A stretch of DNA of 51,914 nt, taken from contig JBFMGU010000044.1 of assembly GCA_040752415.1 (NCBI GenBank), forward strand, positions 1 to 51,914, in the 5' to 3' direction. This stretch comes from Myxococcota bacterium. GTDB taxonomy: Bacteria > Myxococcota > JACRCW01. A model generated the notes under the pieces. The model had not been told where the DNA came from and did not search any database. It worked only from the letters and a program-made list of their open reading frames with translations. Below are positions 18,133-27,817 of this stretch, in pieces. Numbering within the stretch: the first letter of the stretch is position 1; every line of letters begins with the position of its first letter. A program made the translations under genes and the position numbers.

Positions 18133-20219
18133 GCCGCCACCTCGAACCGGTACGTCTGCGCCTGCCCGTCCCAGCGTACCTCCAGCTCCAGCGTTCCCGC
18201 CTCCGGCGTGACCACCAGGGAGGCCACCTCGTGCGCCGGCCCGTCCGCCTCCAGGCTCACCGCCGCCTCGCGCGAGGCCAGCACGCGCCCACCCTGTCGC
18301 GCCTCGGCGTGGACGTGGAGTTGCGTGGAATCCGGCAGGTCATTGACGGCGCAGATGCGCAGCACCACGTCCCGTCCCGCGCGCGCCGGCTCCTCCAGCA
18401 GCGCAAACGCGTAGCGCGGTGAGCACGAGAGACGCAGCTGCTCCGCGCTGGCCTTGAAGCGCCCCATCCCGTCGCGGACGCTCCAGGTGACGCCCAGCTG
18501 CGGCTCATTGAAGCAGAACGCCGCGAACCCTCCGCACGGACGACCCTTCAGCCAACGCAGCAGGTCCACGTAGGTGCGCAGCAGGTTGGCCTGGTAGCGC
18601 TGGGTCCGGCGCGCCAACTCCTCGACGGAGGTCACGCCGGTGAGGTCGTTGAACCTGCGCAGCAGCTCCGGTTGCGCGCTGCGCTCCCGACGGAGCCGGT
18701 CCCAGTCCACCGGCTCGCCGTCGACGTGGAAGGTGCGGAGGCTCTCCGGGTGCGGGAAGGACTGCGCGCCGAATTCCGTGACCAGGCGGAAGTTGTCGGG
18801 GAGCCAGCGGTGCAGCAGGCGCATGCGCTCCGGCGGGCCGAAGGGCGGATACCAGCCGAAGTACAGGTGCGTGTCGGTGCCGCGCGCGGCGGGCGTGTGG
18901 AGCTTGCCACTGCACCGCACCGACGGGCGGGACGTGTCCGCGGCGCGGAGCTGGGAGACCAGCGCGGCGTCGAGGATGTCGCGGTTGTCGCTGGGGCCGA
19001 AGGTGGTGAACAGCACCGGGCCCAGGTCCTTGGGGCCCAGGTCGGCGGTGTTGCCCAGCGAGATGGGCTCGTTGTGCCCGCACCACACCACCACCGACGG
19101 ATGATGGCCCAGCCGGTCGACAAGGAGACGGCCCTGGCGCAGCACCTCCGGCTGGATGCGCAGGTCGTACTGCCACTGCAGCGGGAAGTCCTGCCAGATG
19201 AGCAGCCCGGCCTCGTCGGCGGCGTCGTAGAACGCGTCGGGGGAGACGTGCGCGTGCACGCGGGCGAAGTTCAGGTTCAGCGCCTGCATCTGCCGCACGT
19301 CCTGGCGCAGCTGCTGGTCGGTCACCGTCGAGAGGAACGTGGCGTGGGGCGCGTAGTTGGCGCCGCGCAGGAAGATGTTCCGCCCGTTGATGCGCAGCTG
19401 CAGGTCCTCCATCTCCACGGTGCGCACACCCAGGCGGTCCACGCGCTCCTCGGGCGGGCCGTGCCCCGGCGTCACGCGCGTGGTGACGGTGTAGAGCGGC
19501 TGCTCGCCGTGACCGTGGGGCCACCAGATGCGCGGGCGGGGCAGCAAGAGCTCCACCATGTGACGAGAGACGCCCGCGCCCACGTCGACGCGTCCGCGCC
19601 AGTGTGCCTCGGGCCCGTCGTCACGCGCGGGTGCCATGTGCAGCTCCGCCGTCACCACGCGCGGCCGGTCCGACCACACCACCAGCTCCACCCCCAGCAG
19701 CGCGCGAGCAGGTGAGAGCTCCTTCACGAATCCGCGCGCACGCAGCGGCAGCACCGGGCCGTGGTCCCACAGCTCCACGCCGCGCCACAGGCCGCCCACG
19801 TTGACGTCGCGCGGGATGAGGTCCCAGTGCGCGAACACGCCCAGCACCTGGCGCTTGCGCAGCAGGTTGTCCTCACGCTCACACGTCACCTCCACGCGCA
19901 GCGGGCCCTCCTCGTCGAGAGAGGCGGCGGTGATGTCATGCATGTGCGCGTGGAAGTAGCCGCGGTCCTCACCCACCGCGCGTGCGCCCATCATGGCTCG
20001 CGCCCGGTAGAACACGCCGTGCAGCACCAACGTGCGACGCAGCCCGTCCTCCGGCCCCGGCGGCAGCACGCCCGTGCGGTAGGTCACGGCGCCGTGGTGC
20101 GACTCCAGTCCCGCGTGCAGCTGCCACTGGCTTGGCACCTTGCAGCGGATGCCTCCCTCGTCGACGGAGGCGGGACCGGGATGCATGAACCACGGACCGG
20201 TGAGGTGGTGGACGTACAC
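18129..20219 (-). CDS. Glycoside hydrolase family 2 (beta-mannosidase-like)
   Basis: WWPHGHGEQPLY, INGRNIFLRGANY, DEAGLLIWQDF, WCGHNE (acid/base), VTEFG (nucleophile). GTG start at 20219 after AGGAG. Confidence 0.88.
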   Translation of the reverse strand: MYVHHLTGPWFMHPGPASVDEGGIRCKVPSQWQLHAGLESHHGAVTYRTGVLPPGPEDGLRRTLVLHGVFYRARAMMGARAVGEDRGYFHAHMHDITAASLDEEGPLRVEVTCEREDNLLRKRQVLGVFAHWDLIPRDVNVGGLWRGVELWDHGPVLPLRARGFVKELSPARALLGVELVVWSDRPRVVTAELHMAPARDDGPEAHWRGRVDVGAGVSRHMVELLLPRPRIWWPHGHGEQPLYTVTTRVTPGHGPPEERVDRLGVRTVEMEDLQLRINGRNIFLRGANYAPHATFLSTVTDQQLRQDVRQMQALNLNFARVHAHVSPDAFYDAADEAGLLIWQDFPLQWQYDLRIQPEVLRQGRLLVDRLGHHPSVVVWCGHNEPISLGNTADLGPKDLGPVLFTTFGPSDNRDILDAALVSQLRAADTSRPSVRCSGKLHTPAARGTDTHLYFGWYPPFGPPERMRLLHRWLPDNFRLVTEFGAQSFPHPESLRTFHVDGEPVDWDRLRRERSAQPELLRRFNDLTGVTSVEELARRTQRYQANLLRTYVDLLRWLKGRPCGGFAAFCFNEPQLGVTWSVRDGMGRFKASAEQLRLSCSPRYAFALLEEPARAGRDVVLRICAVNDLPDSTQLHVHAEARQGGRVLASREAAVSLEADGPAHEVASLVVTPEAGTLELEVRWDGQAQTYRFEVAA

Positions 20220-20327
20220 CCGCGCTCCTATAGCGCAGCCCCGTCCCGCTGTGACCCCACGTTCACGCGCGGTTGCTGCGTGGCCACATCCCGTCCTCGT
20301 CGCGGATGAATTGTGAGCAGAGGGCAC

Positions 20328-20342
20328 TGGCACAACGCGTGC
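20328..20342 (+). promoter_or_regulatory. Putative sigma54 -24/-12 promoter
   Basis: TGGCACAACGCGTGC has GG and GC at consensus spacing; lies upstream of an AGGAGG RBS and of the gene preceding the PspA-family gene. Confidence 0.6.
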
Positions 20343-20368
20343 TCATGCGGAGCCCCAGGAGGTGGACC

Positions 20369-20953
20369 ATGACCTCGGTGCTCTGCCTGCTGCTGGTGCT
20401 GCACATCACTCCCACCCCGGCTCCTTCCGAGGAGCAGACGCCCGCCTGGATCACGGCGGTGGGGAGCGCCGCGCGGGACGGGGTGACGTCGGGAATCGGC
20501 TGGGCGGCGGGCGGAACGGCGGGACAGCTGCGTGACGGCGCCACCCGGTTTCCCGCCATCCGTCCCGAGGAGCGCGTGCGGGGTGACGGACCTGTCCTGG
20601 TGATGTTGGCGGGTCTCACCGCGGGCGCGCTGCTGGGCATCTGCCTGGCGCTGACCACCGCGCTCGGCGTCACGCTGCGGGTCTCCCCAACGCCTCCGTC
20701 GTGGGCGCGCGGAGTGCTGGCGTGGCTGCGCACCCATGGCGACGTGGGATGGATGGCGCTGGGCGTGGCCTCGACGGCGGTGGTGATGCCCCTGGCCCTG
20801 GCCGCGCAGCCGCTCATCCTGCGCACGGTCCAGTCCGGGACCCAGGACGTGGTCAGCCCGATGCGCGCCCCCACCCCGACGGAGCTGCCCCGTCCCATCC
20901 CGCTGACTCCGACGACGGAGACCCGCGTCTCGCCGGTGGGTCGCCAGGGGTGA
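20369..20953 (+). CDS. Hypothetical membrane protein
   Basis: AGGAGG RBS before ATG 20369; 2-3 hydrophobic segments. Confidence 0.6.
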   Translation: MTSVLCLLLVLHITPTPAPSEEQTPAWITAVGSAARDGVTSGIGWAAGGTAGQLRDGATRFPAIRPEERVRGDGPVLVMLAGLTAGALLGICLALTTALGVTLRVSPTPPSWARGVLAWLRTHGDVGWMALGVASTAVVMPLALAAQPLILRTVQSGTQDVVSPMRAPTPTELPRPIPLTPTTETRVSPVGRQG

Positions 20954-21010
20954 TTGCCGTCGTTACAACCCCGGGGCAGACTGCCGGAACCGCGGACAAC
21001 CGGGGACACC

Positions 21011-21700
21011 ATGGGTCTCTTCAAGCGCTTCACCAACGTCGTTGCGTCCAATCTCAATGAGCTCATCTCCCGCTCGGAGGACCCGCGGAAGGTGCTGGAG
21101 CAGGCCATCCTGGACATGCAGGAGGAGCAGAAGAAGGCCCAGAAGAAGCGCCTGGAGGTGGCCACGCTGCAGAAGACCACCGAGAAGCAGCTGGAGGCCC
21201 AACGCGCCCGCGCGCAGGACATGGAGCGCAAGGCCATGGCGGCCTTGAAGATGGGTGATGAGGCGCTGGCCCGTCGCGCGCTCGAGGAGAAGGAGCAGGC
21301 GGAGGCCATGGTGGCAGAGCTGCAGCACACCGCCGACCAGCAGAAGGGCATGGTGGAGGAGCTCACCGAGTCGCTGAAGGCCATGGACGGTGAGGTGGCC
21401 AACTTCAAGAAGAAGCGCGACGAGCTCATGGCCCGCCTCACCAAGGCGGAGATGAAGCAGCGCCAGGCGGAGACGCAGACGCGTGAGCCCGGCAAGGACC
21501 ACATTGGCGACACCACCGCGTTCGACACCTTCGACCGCATGGTCGAGAAGATCGAGGGCAAGGAAGCGGAGGTGGAGGCCATGCGCGAGCTGGCGGGGGA
21601 GCCCGGCGACACCGCCGAGGTGGACATCAACAAGCTGCTCAGCAGCGGCAAGACCGACGACGCGCTGGAAGCGCTGAAGCGCAAGATGGGCAAGAGCTGA
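21011..21700 (+). CDS. pspA: PspA/IM30 family protein
   Basis: MGLFKRFTNVVASNLN, EDPRKVLEQAILDM, GDEALARRAL, FDRMVEKIE, LEALKRKMG. Confidence 0.9.
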   Translation: MGLFKRFTNVVASNLNELISRSEDPRKVLEQAILDMQEEQKKAQKKRLEVATLQKTTEKQLEAQRARAQDMERKAMAALKMGDEALARRALEEKEQAEAMVAELQHTADQQKGMVEELTESLKAMDGEVANFKKKRDELMARLTKAEMKQRQAETQTREPGKDHIGDTTAFDTFDRMVEKIEGKEAEVEAMRELAGEPGDTAEVDINKLLSSGKTDDALEALKRKMGKS

Positions 21701-21772
21701 GCGCGCGCGTTTGTGTGTTGCGCAACCCCACGCTAAGAGGCGCGCTCCAACCTTCCACTCCAGGGTGACGTC

Positions 21773-22099
21773 GTGGCCGAACTCCAGATCGAGGACATCA
21801 AGCAGGGCACCGGCAAGGAAGCCAAGAAGGGCAACACCGTGGTGGTGCACTACGTGGGCACACTCACCAACGGAAAGAAGTTCGACAGCTCCCGGGACCG
21901 CAACGAGGGATTCGACTTCGTGCTCGGCGCCGGACAGGTCATCAAGGGTTGGGACCAGGGCGTGGCGGGCATGAAGGTTGGCGGCGTGCGCAAGCTGACC
22001 ATTCCGCCGGACCTGGCCTACGGCAAGCGCGGTTTCCCGCCCGTCATCCCGCCGGACTCCACGCTGATCTTCGAGGTGGAGCTGCTGGAAGTGAACTGA
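21773..22099 (+). CDS. FKBP-type peptidyl-prolyl isomerase
   Basis: [38 protein letters not shown]. Confidence 0.96.
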   Translation: MAELQIEDIKQGTGKEAKKGNTVVVHYVGTLTNGKKFDSSRDRNEGFDFVLGAGQVIKGWDQGVAGMKVGGVRKLTIPPDLAYGKRGFPPVIPPDSTLIFEVELLEVN

Positions 22100-22181
22100 A
22101 CGCGCCCACCTGCTCCCACGCGGTGCGTCGGCAGGATGTCCGGTGTCCGCGGGGAACGCTTCCGGGCTACCAGGGGTGGGC

Positions 22182-23744
22182 ATGACGTCGAGAGCTCTCG
22201 GGATGACGGCGTTGCTGTGCCTGGCGGCGGTGGGTTGTCGCGGGGGCAGCAACGAGGTGGCCGCGTCCACTCCCGCGGTCCCCGACGCGGCTCCCACGCT
22301 CTCGACGGTCTCGGACCCGGCCCCCGTGCCGGTCGCGGACCCGGTTCCCGAGGAGCCCATCGACGAGAACGCCGACACCCGCTTCGCCGAGGCGATGATG
22401 GGGCACCGCAACAAGGTGTCCACGGCCGATCTCTCGTCGATCAAGCGCGAGAAGGTCCTGCGCGTCATCACCCGCAACAACTCCACCGGCTACTTCCTGT
22501 ACCGCGGCGTGGAAGCGGGTTTTGACTTCGACGTGGCGCGCATGCTGGCGCGTGAGCTGGACGTGCGGCTGGAGATGGTGGTGCCGCCCACGCGTCGCGA
22601 TCTCATCCCCTACCTGCTGGACGGCAAGGGCGACGTCATCATTGCCGGCCTGCCCACCGACAGCGAGCGCGCCGACCGCGTGGCCTTCAGCCGGCCCTAC
22701 CTGGAGACGCCGTGGGTGGTGGTGGTGCGTCGCGCCGACGCGGGCGCCATCCGCGAGCTGAAGGACCTGTCCGGAAAGACCGTGCTGGCCAGCGGCTCTT
22801 CCGGCGCGTTGCGACGACTGCGCGCGCTCAGCACCGAGCAGGGCGTCACCTGGCAGATCCGCGCCGCGGTGGAGACGCTGGAGTCGGAGGACATGATTGA
22901 CCTGGTGGCCGACGGAGAAGTCCACGCCGCGGTCATCGAGAAGCGCATTGCCGACGTGGAGCTGATGCATCGCCCCGAGCTGGCCCTGGGGCCCACGTTG
23001 CCGGGAGAGCCGGAGCGCGCCGCGTTCGCCGTGCGTCACGAGAACCCGGAGCTGCTGGCCGCGGTGGAAGCGTTCCTCAAGAAGCATCACCGCGGGACGG
23101 AGTGGAACCTGGCGTACCGTCGCTACCACGAGGGCGCGGAGCGCACCGCGGAGATGCGGGAGACGGAGGCGCGCGCGGACCGCCAGGGCGCGTTGACGCC
23201 GTGGGACGACGAGTTCAAGGCCGCCGCGCGCACCGCCGGGCTGGATTGGAGACTGCTCGCCGCGCAGGCCTACCAGGAGAGCCACTTTGACCCGAAGGTG
23301 CGCTCACCCATGGGCGCGCTGGGACTCATGCAGATGATGCCCGCGGTGGCCCGCGCCTACGGCGTCACGCGCCCCATGGATCCCCTGGATTCCCTCAAGG
23401 GCGGCGCGCGCTACATGAAGAAGCTGGTGGACAGCTACGCGGCGCCCGGCATCAAGCTCAAGGACCAGGTGCGGTTTGCGCTGGCGGCCTACAACGCCGG
23501 CCCCGGTCACCTCGAGGATGCCCGCACGCTCGCGCGCACGCAGCGGCTCGATCCCAATCGCTGGTTCGACAACGTGGCCAGGGCCATGCTGTTGCTCTCC
23601 AAGCCGCGCTACTTCCGCAAGTCACGCTACGGCTACGTCCGAGGTGAGGAGCCGGTGAAGTACGTCTCGGAAATCCAGAGCCGGTATGACGCCTACGTGG
23701 CGCTGACCGAGAACCGCCCGGGACGTGAAGTTGCGGCGGAGTAG
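22182..23744 (+). CDS. mltF: MltF-like lytic transglycosylase (substrate-binding domain plus SLT domain), lipoprotein
   Basis: AVGC lipobox; LRVITRNN, GFDFD; SLT motifs YQESHF, GALGLMQMMP, LAAYNAGPGH, GYVRGEEPVKYV. Confidence 0.88.
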   Translation: MTSRALGMTALLCLAAVGCRGGSNEVAASTPAVPDAAPTLSTVSDPAPVPVADPVPEEPIDENADTRFAEAMMGHRNKVSTADLSSIKREKVLRVITRNNSTGYFLYRGVEAGFDFDVARMLARELDVRLEMVVPPTRRDLIPYLLDGKGDVIIAGLPTDSERADRVAFSRPYLETPWVVVVRRADAGAIRELKDLSGKTVLASGSSGALRRLRALSTEQGVTWQIRAAVETLESEDMIDLVADGEVHAAVIEKRIADVELMHRPELALGPTLPGEPERAAFAVRHENPELLAAVEAFLKKHHRGTEWNLAYRRYHEGAERTAEMRETEARADRQGALTPWDDEFKAAARTAGLDWRLLAAQAYQESHFDPKVRSPMGALGLMQMMPAVARAYGVTRPMDPLDSLKGGARYMKKLVDSYAAPGIKLKDQVRFALAAYNAGPGHLEDARTLARTQRLDPNRWFDNVARAMLLLSKPRYFRKSRYGYVRGEEPVKYVSEIQSRYDAYVALTENRPGREVAAE

Positions 23745-23851
23745 GTGCCGCTGCGCGCCAAGCCGGTTCCGGGTCGTATGCGTCCACCGTTGACAGGCCT
23801 GACAGCACGGAGTTCCTATCGGCGCGCGAGTTGCGCACGCAGTGGCCTGCC

Positions 23852-26800
23852 ATGGGCGGGCGGAAGGGGCTGTCCCACGTGACGGCGCAAGTTGATGAGC
23901 TGCTGGCGCAGGGCCTCCGCCACTTTGCCAAGGGCGATCACGCGGGAGCACGTCGCTGCTGGGCCAACGCGTTGGAGCTGGACCCCGGCAACAAGCGCGC
24001 GCAGAGCCTGATGGACCGCCTGCCCGCCGACGGCGCCAAGAAACCCGCCGACGGTGACAACGGCGCCGGACCACGCCGCACCCGCAGCCGCGCCGACGTG
24101 CAGCTGGCCAAGGTCAACAGCCCCTTTGCGTTCATTCCCGCCAGCGCGCCGCCCACTACCGCGCCGGTGGAGCCCACCGTCCCCGCGCCCATCACGCCTT
24201 CGCCCACCCGCGCTCCGTCGTCACCCGCCATGCCCGCGGTGAATCCCGCGCCGGCGCGCACGTCCTCGTCGGTCTCCTTGCCCGCCGTCACCGCGCCGCC
24301 ACCTGCTGCTGCGCCTCCGCCCGTCGTGGTCACGCCGCCTCCGTCGACAAAACGGCCCGAGGCCGACCCGCCCGCGGAGAACCTGGACCTGGACCTCTAC
24401 GCCGTCCCGCTGGCCAACGCGCCCGACCCCGCCACGGCGGAGATGGCCGCGCAGGTGCAGCGTCTCCAGGCGCAGGTGGACGCGCTGACCAAGGAACGCG
24501 GGCAACTCCTGGCGGAGCGCAGCCAGCTCCAGAGCGCGCAGGTGACGTTGACGGAGCGGGTCACGCAGCTCTCGTTGGCCGCGCAGAAACGCGTAGCGGA
24601 GCTCAGCCAGCGTCTCACGCGGGAGCAGGAACGCAGCAATCAGCTGGAGAAGAAACACGAGCAGCTGCTCTCCCGCTCCATGCAGGACCAGAACCAGCTG
24701 GAGCAGCTCAAGGCGCGTCTCAAGAAGACCGAGGATGACCTCAACGCCGCCAACGTGTTCGAGGAGCGCTTCGCGCAGGCGCAACGGGCCCTGGAGGTGC
24801 GCACGCAGGAGCTGGATGACCTGCGCAGGCAGAGCGCGGACCTGCAGATGTCCGTGGCGGTGGAGCAGGGCCGCGGGACCGACCTGGAGGAGCGCGTCAA
24901 GGACCTGAGCGCGCAGCTCACCCGCGAGCAGGCCAACCTCAAGGCAGCCCAGCAGCAGATCGTGACGCTGGAAGAGGCGGTGGCGCGGGCCAAGATCCTG
25001 GAGCGCCGTCTCGTCGAGGCGGAAGGGACGATTGCCCAGCAGGCCGAGGAGATCAACAGCCTCCACAACCGTGGCGCGGACCTGGAAGTCAGCGTGGCCC
25101 TCAAGCTGGGTCGCATGGAGGAGCTGGAGCAGACGCTCGACGAGTACCGCCAGGCCACCGAGCGCGACCGCGCCGAGCTGCAGCGCAAGACGGAAGAGCT
25201 GGAGCATGAGCGCGAGCAGGTGCGCACGCTGAACGAGCACCTGGGCCAGGCGCAAGACGCACTGACGAAGACGTCGGAGCAGCTGGTGGCGGTGCGCGAG
25301 CACACGCACAAGCTGGAAATCACGCTGGCCGCGGAACGAAGGGCGGCGGGCAACCTGCAGCGTCAGCTCAAGGAGCTGGTGGCCCAGGCCGCGGAGGACC
25401 AGTCCGCGCTGGAAGCCGCCACCGCCGGCCACAAGGTCCTGGAGGACGAGCTCTCCCGCGCCCACGACGAGAACGACCAGGTGCGCGCCCGCGCCGAGGC
25501 GCTGGAGAAGGACCTGGCCGCCGGACGGGCCCGGGAGACCGACCTGGGACAGCAGCTCTCCCAGGCGCGAGAGCGCGCCGCGGAGCTGGATGCGTTGTTG
25601 CAGCAGGAACAGGAAGGCGCGGGCGACCTGCAGCGCGAAGCCAAGGTGCTCAACGCCCAGCTCGACGAGATCCAGCGCGAGAAGCAGGGCGTGGAGAACC
25701 AGCTGGAGGAGCTGCAGCGCGAGAAGGAGTCGCTGGCGTCGCGGCTGGACGAGGTCAAGCGCCAGAAGCAGGCCGTCTCCGACGAGCTGGAGGGCGTGCG
25801 TCGCGACAAGCAGGCGGCGGAGGGCGAGCTGGAGGAGACCGCGCGCAAGATCAAGGATCTCCACGCGCAGCTCGACGAGCTGAAGACGCAGAACAAGTCC
25901 CTGGGGAACCAGCTGGAGGAGGCCCAGGGCGAGCTGGTGGTGGTGCGCGCCAACTCGCAGCGCCTGGAGCGCCAGGCCAGCGACGGAAAGGGCGCCCTCA
26001 AGGATGCGGAGGAGGCGCTGGCCGCGGCGCGCAAGACGCTGGCCGAGCGCGAGGCGGAGGTCACCCGCTTCAAGGACCTGCACAAGGAGGTGGAGGAGGC
26101 GCTGCTGCGCGAGCAGGAGACGCTCCGGGAGAAGGAGTCCGCGCTCAACGAGGAGCTGGCCCGCGCCAGGTCCCTGGGCGAGGAGCTGGCCGCGACCAAG
26201 GCCCGCGCCGCCGAGCAGCAGGAGGAGCTGGAGACGGAGAGCGCCCGCGCCCGCGACGCCGAGGACCAGCTCATCACCGCCACCGCGCGCACCAGGGAGC
26301 TGGAGGAGGAGCTGGCCGCCACCGTCGAGAAACGGGATGCGGCGGAGGCGCGGATCAACGCGCTGCAGGAGGAGGTGGACGGACTCACCACGCGCCTGGA
26401 GAGCCAGACCCGCCGCGCCGACGAGCTGGACGAGACGCTCAAGAAGCAGGGCGCCAACGTGGACGCGCAGCTGGCCGAGGCGCGCGAGATGCTGAGCCGG
26501 CAGGCGGTGGAGCTGGCCAACGCGCAGGCGCGTGAGATGGAGCTGCGCAGCGAGGTGGGGGCGGAGCGTCGCCAGGCCGCCAAGACGATTGGCGAGCTGG
26601 AGGAGCGGCTCCAGGCGGTCGAGAAGGAAGAAGAGACCCTGCGCGCGGAGCTCACCAAGGAGCAGGAGCACGCTGGCCAGCTCCAGGAGGACCTCACCAA
26701 GGCGGAGCAGGAGGCCAAGGAGCTGCGCGCCAAGAACTCCGACGAGAGGAAGCGCGCCGCCGAGCGCGAACGCGAGCTCAAGGACGAGCTGGCTGACGTG

Positions 26801-27694
26801 GAGCGCGAGATGGGGAACGTCCGCGCGTCGGTGGCCGAGGAGAAGAAGCGCTCCGCCGAGCGCGACAAGGAGCTGCGCGAGCAGGTCCACGTGGCCAACG
26901 AGGAGCTGCGCGGCGTGCAGACCCAGCTGGCCGAGGAGAAACGGCGCGCGGCGGACCGCGAAGGGGAGCTGTCGGAGGAGCTCAAGAAGGTGCAGGCCGA
27001 GCAGAAGGAGCGCACGACGAAGATGCGCGACCTGGAAGCTAGGGTCTCCGAGGCCACGGAACAGGTGCAGCGCCTGGAGTCGCAGCTCAAGGACCGCGGC
27101 CGCAACGACGACGACGCGCGCAACACGCAACAGGCTCGCATCAAGGAGCTGGAGGCAGCGCTGGAGAGCGTTCGGCGCCAGGCGGAGGAACGCGAGCGCG
27201 TGCTCCGCGAGCAGGCGCGCCAGGCGGAAACCGACGAGGCCGAGCGGACCGTGCAGCTCACCGAGGCCGAGAACGGCCTGGAGGCGGCGCAGAAGCGCGT
27301 GGCGGAGCTGGAAGCCGAGGTGGAGCGTCTCTCGTCGTCAAAGGGCGCGGCCAAGGGGGAGGCCAGGCCGGACCCGCGCGTGGCGGAGCTGCAACAGGTG
27401 CTCGCCGACCAGCAGGCGTTGCACGAGCGGCTGGAGAAGGCGCTGGAGTCCGCGGGAGAGCAGGCGGCCATGGCCTTCGAGACGGAGTCGCAGCTGCGCG
27501 CGAGGGTGGAAGAGCTGGAGAAAGCCCTCACGGCGGCCAAGGCCAGCAGCAAGGGCGCGGCGCCGGAGGTCCCGTCGGAGTCGGATGCGCCCGCGGAGAA
27601 CACCTCGCGCAACGCGCCCGTCAAGGACAAGCCGGCCCGGGGGAAGGCGGAGAAGAAGCCCGCCCGTCGGTTCTGGCCCTCGCGCGACGGCTGA
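23852..27694 (+). CDS. Very long coiled-coil protein with N-terminal TPR-like motif and Pro-rich linker
   Basis: ~1280 aa, about 1000 aa of E/Q/R/L/A heptads; no Walker motifs or TM segment; start uncertain (23831-23879). Confidence 0.85.
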   Translation: MGGRKGLSHVTAQVDELLAQGLRHFAKGDHAGARRCWANALELDPGNKRAQSLMDRLPADGAKKPADGDNGAGPRRTRSRADVQLAKVNSPFAFIPASAPPTTAPVEPTVPAPITPSPTRAPSSPAMPAVNPAPARTSSSVSLPAVTAPPPAAAPPPVVVTPPPSTKRPEADPPAENLDLDLYAVPLANAPDPATAEMAAQVQRLQAQVDALTKERGQLLAERSQLQSAQVTLTERVTQLSLAAQKRVAELSQRLTREQERSNQLEKKHEQLLSRSMQDQNQLEQLKARLKKTEDDLNAANVFEERFAQAQRALEVRTQELDDLRRQSADLQMSVAVEQGRGTDLEERVKDLSAQLTREQANLKAAQQQIVTLEEAVARAKILERRLVEAEGTIAQQAEEINSLHNRGADLEVSVALKLGRMEELEQTLDEYRQATERDRAELQRKTEELEHEREQVRTLNEHLGQAQDALTKTSEQLVAVREHTHKLEITLAAERRAAGNLQRQLKELVAQAAEDQSALEAATAGHKVLEDELSRAHDENDQVRARAEALEKDLAAGRARETDLGQQLSQARERAAELDALLQQEQEGAGDLQREAKVLNAQLDEIQREKQGVENQLEELQREKESLASRLDEVKRQKQAVSDELEGVRRDKQAAEGELEETARKIKDLHAQLDELKTQNKSLGNQLEEAQGELVVVRANSQRLERQASDGKGALKDAEEALAAARKTLAEREAEVTRFKDLHKEVEEALLREQETLREKESALNEELARARSLGEELAATKARAAEQQEELETESARARDAEDQLITATARTRELEEELAATVEKRDAAEARINALQEEVDGLTTRLESQTRRADELDETLKKQGANVDAQLAEAREMLSRQAVELANAQAREMELRSEVGAERRQAAKTIGELEERLQAVEKEEETLRAELTKEQEHAGQLQEDLTKAEQEAKELRAKNSDERKRAAERERELKDELADVEREMGNVRASVAEEKKRSAERDKELREQVHVANEELRGVQTQLAEEKRRAADREGELSEELKKVQAEQKERTTKMRDLEARVSEATEQVQRLESQLKDRGRNDDDARNTQQARIKELEAALESVRRQAEERERVLREQARQAETDEAERTVQLTEAENGLEAAQKRVAELEAEVERLSSSKGAAKGEARPDPRVAELQQVLADQQALHERLEKALESAGEQAAMAFETESQLRARVEELEKALTAAKASSKGAAPEVPSESDAPAENTSRNAPVKDKPARGKAEKKPARRFWPSRDG

Positions 27695-27817
27695 CCGCTT
27701 GTGCCGCTCGTGCACAATCTGTCCCGCATTGCACCCGTGACGACGAAGGGCGCGGGGAAATCCAGGGGCTTGCGTGGTGGTATGCGGGTTGCTGATGGAT
27801 GCGGAGGAGGTCCTGAG

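Noticed and set aside
23852..27694. SMC or phage tape-measure protein
   Set aside because: No Walker A/B or hinge motifs, and no phage genes nearby.
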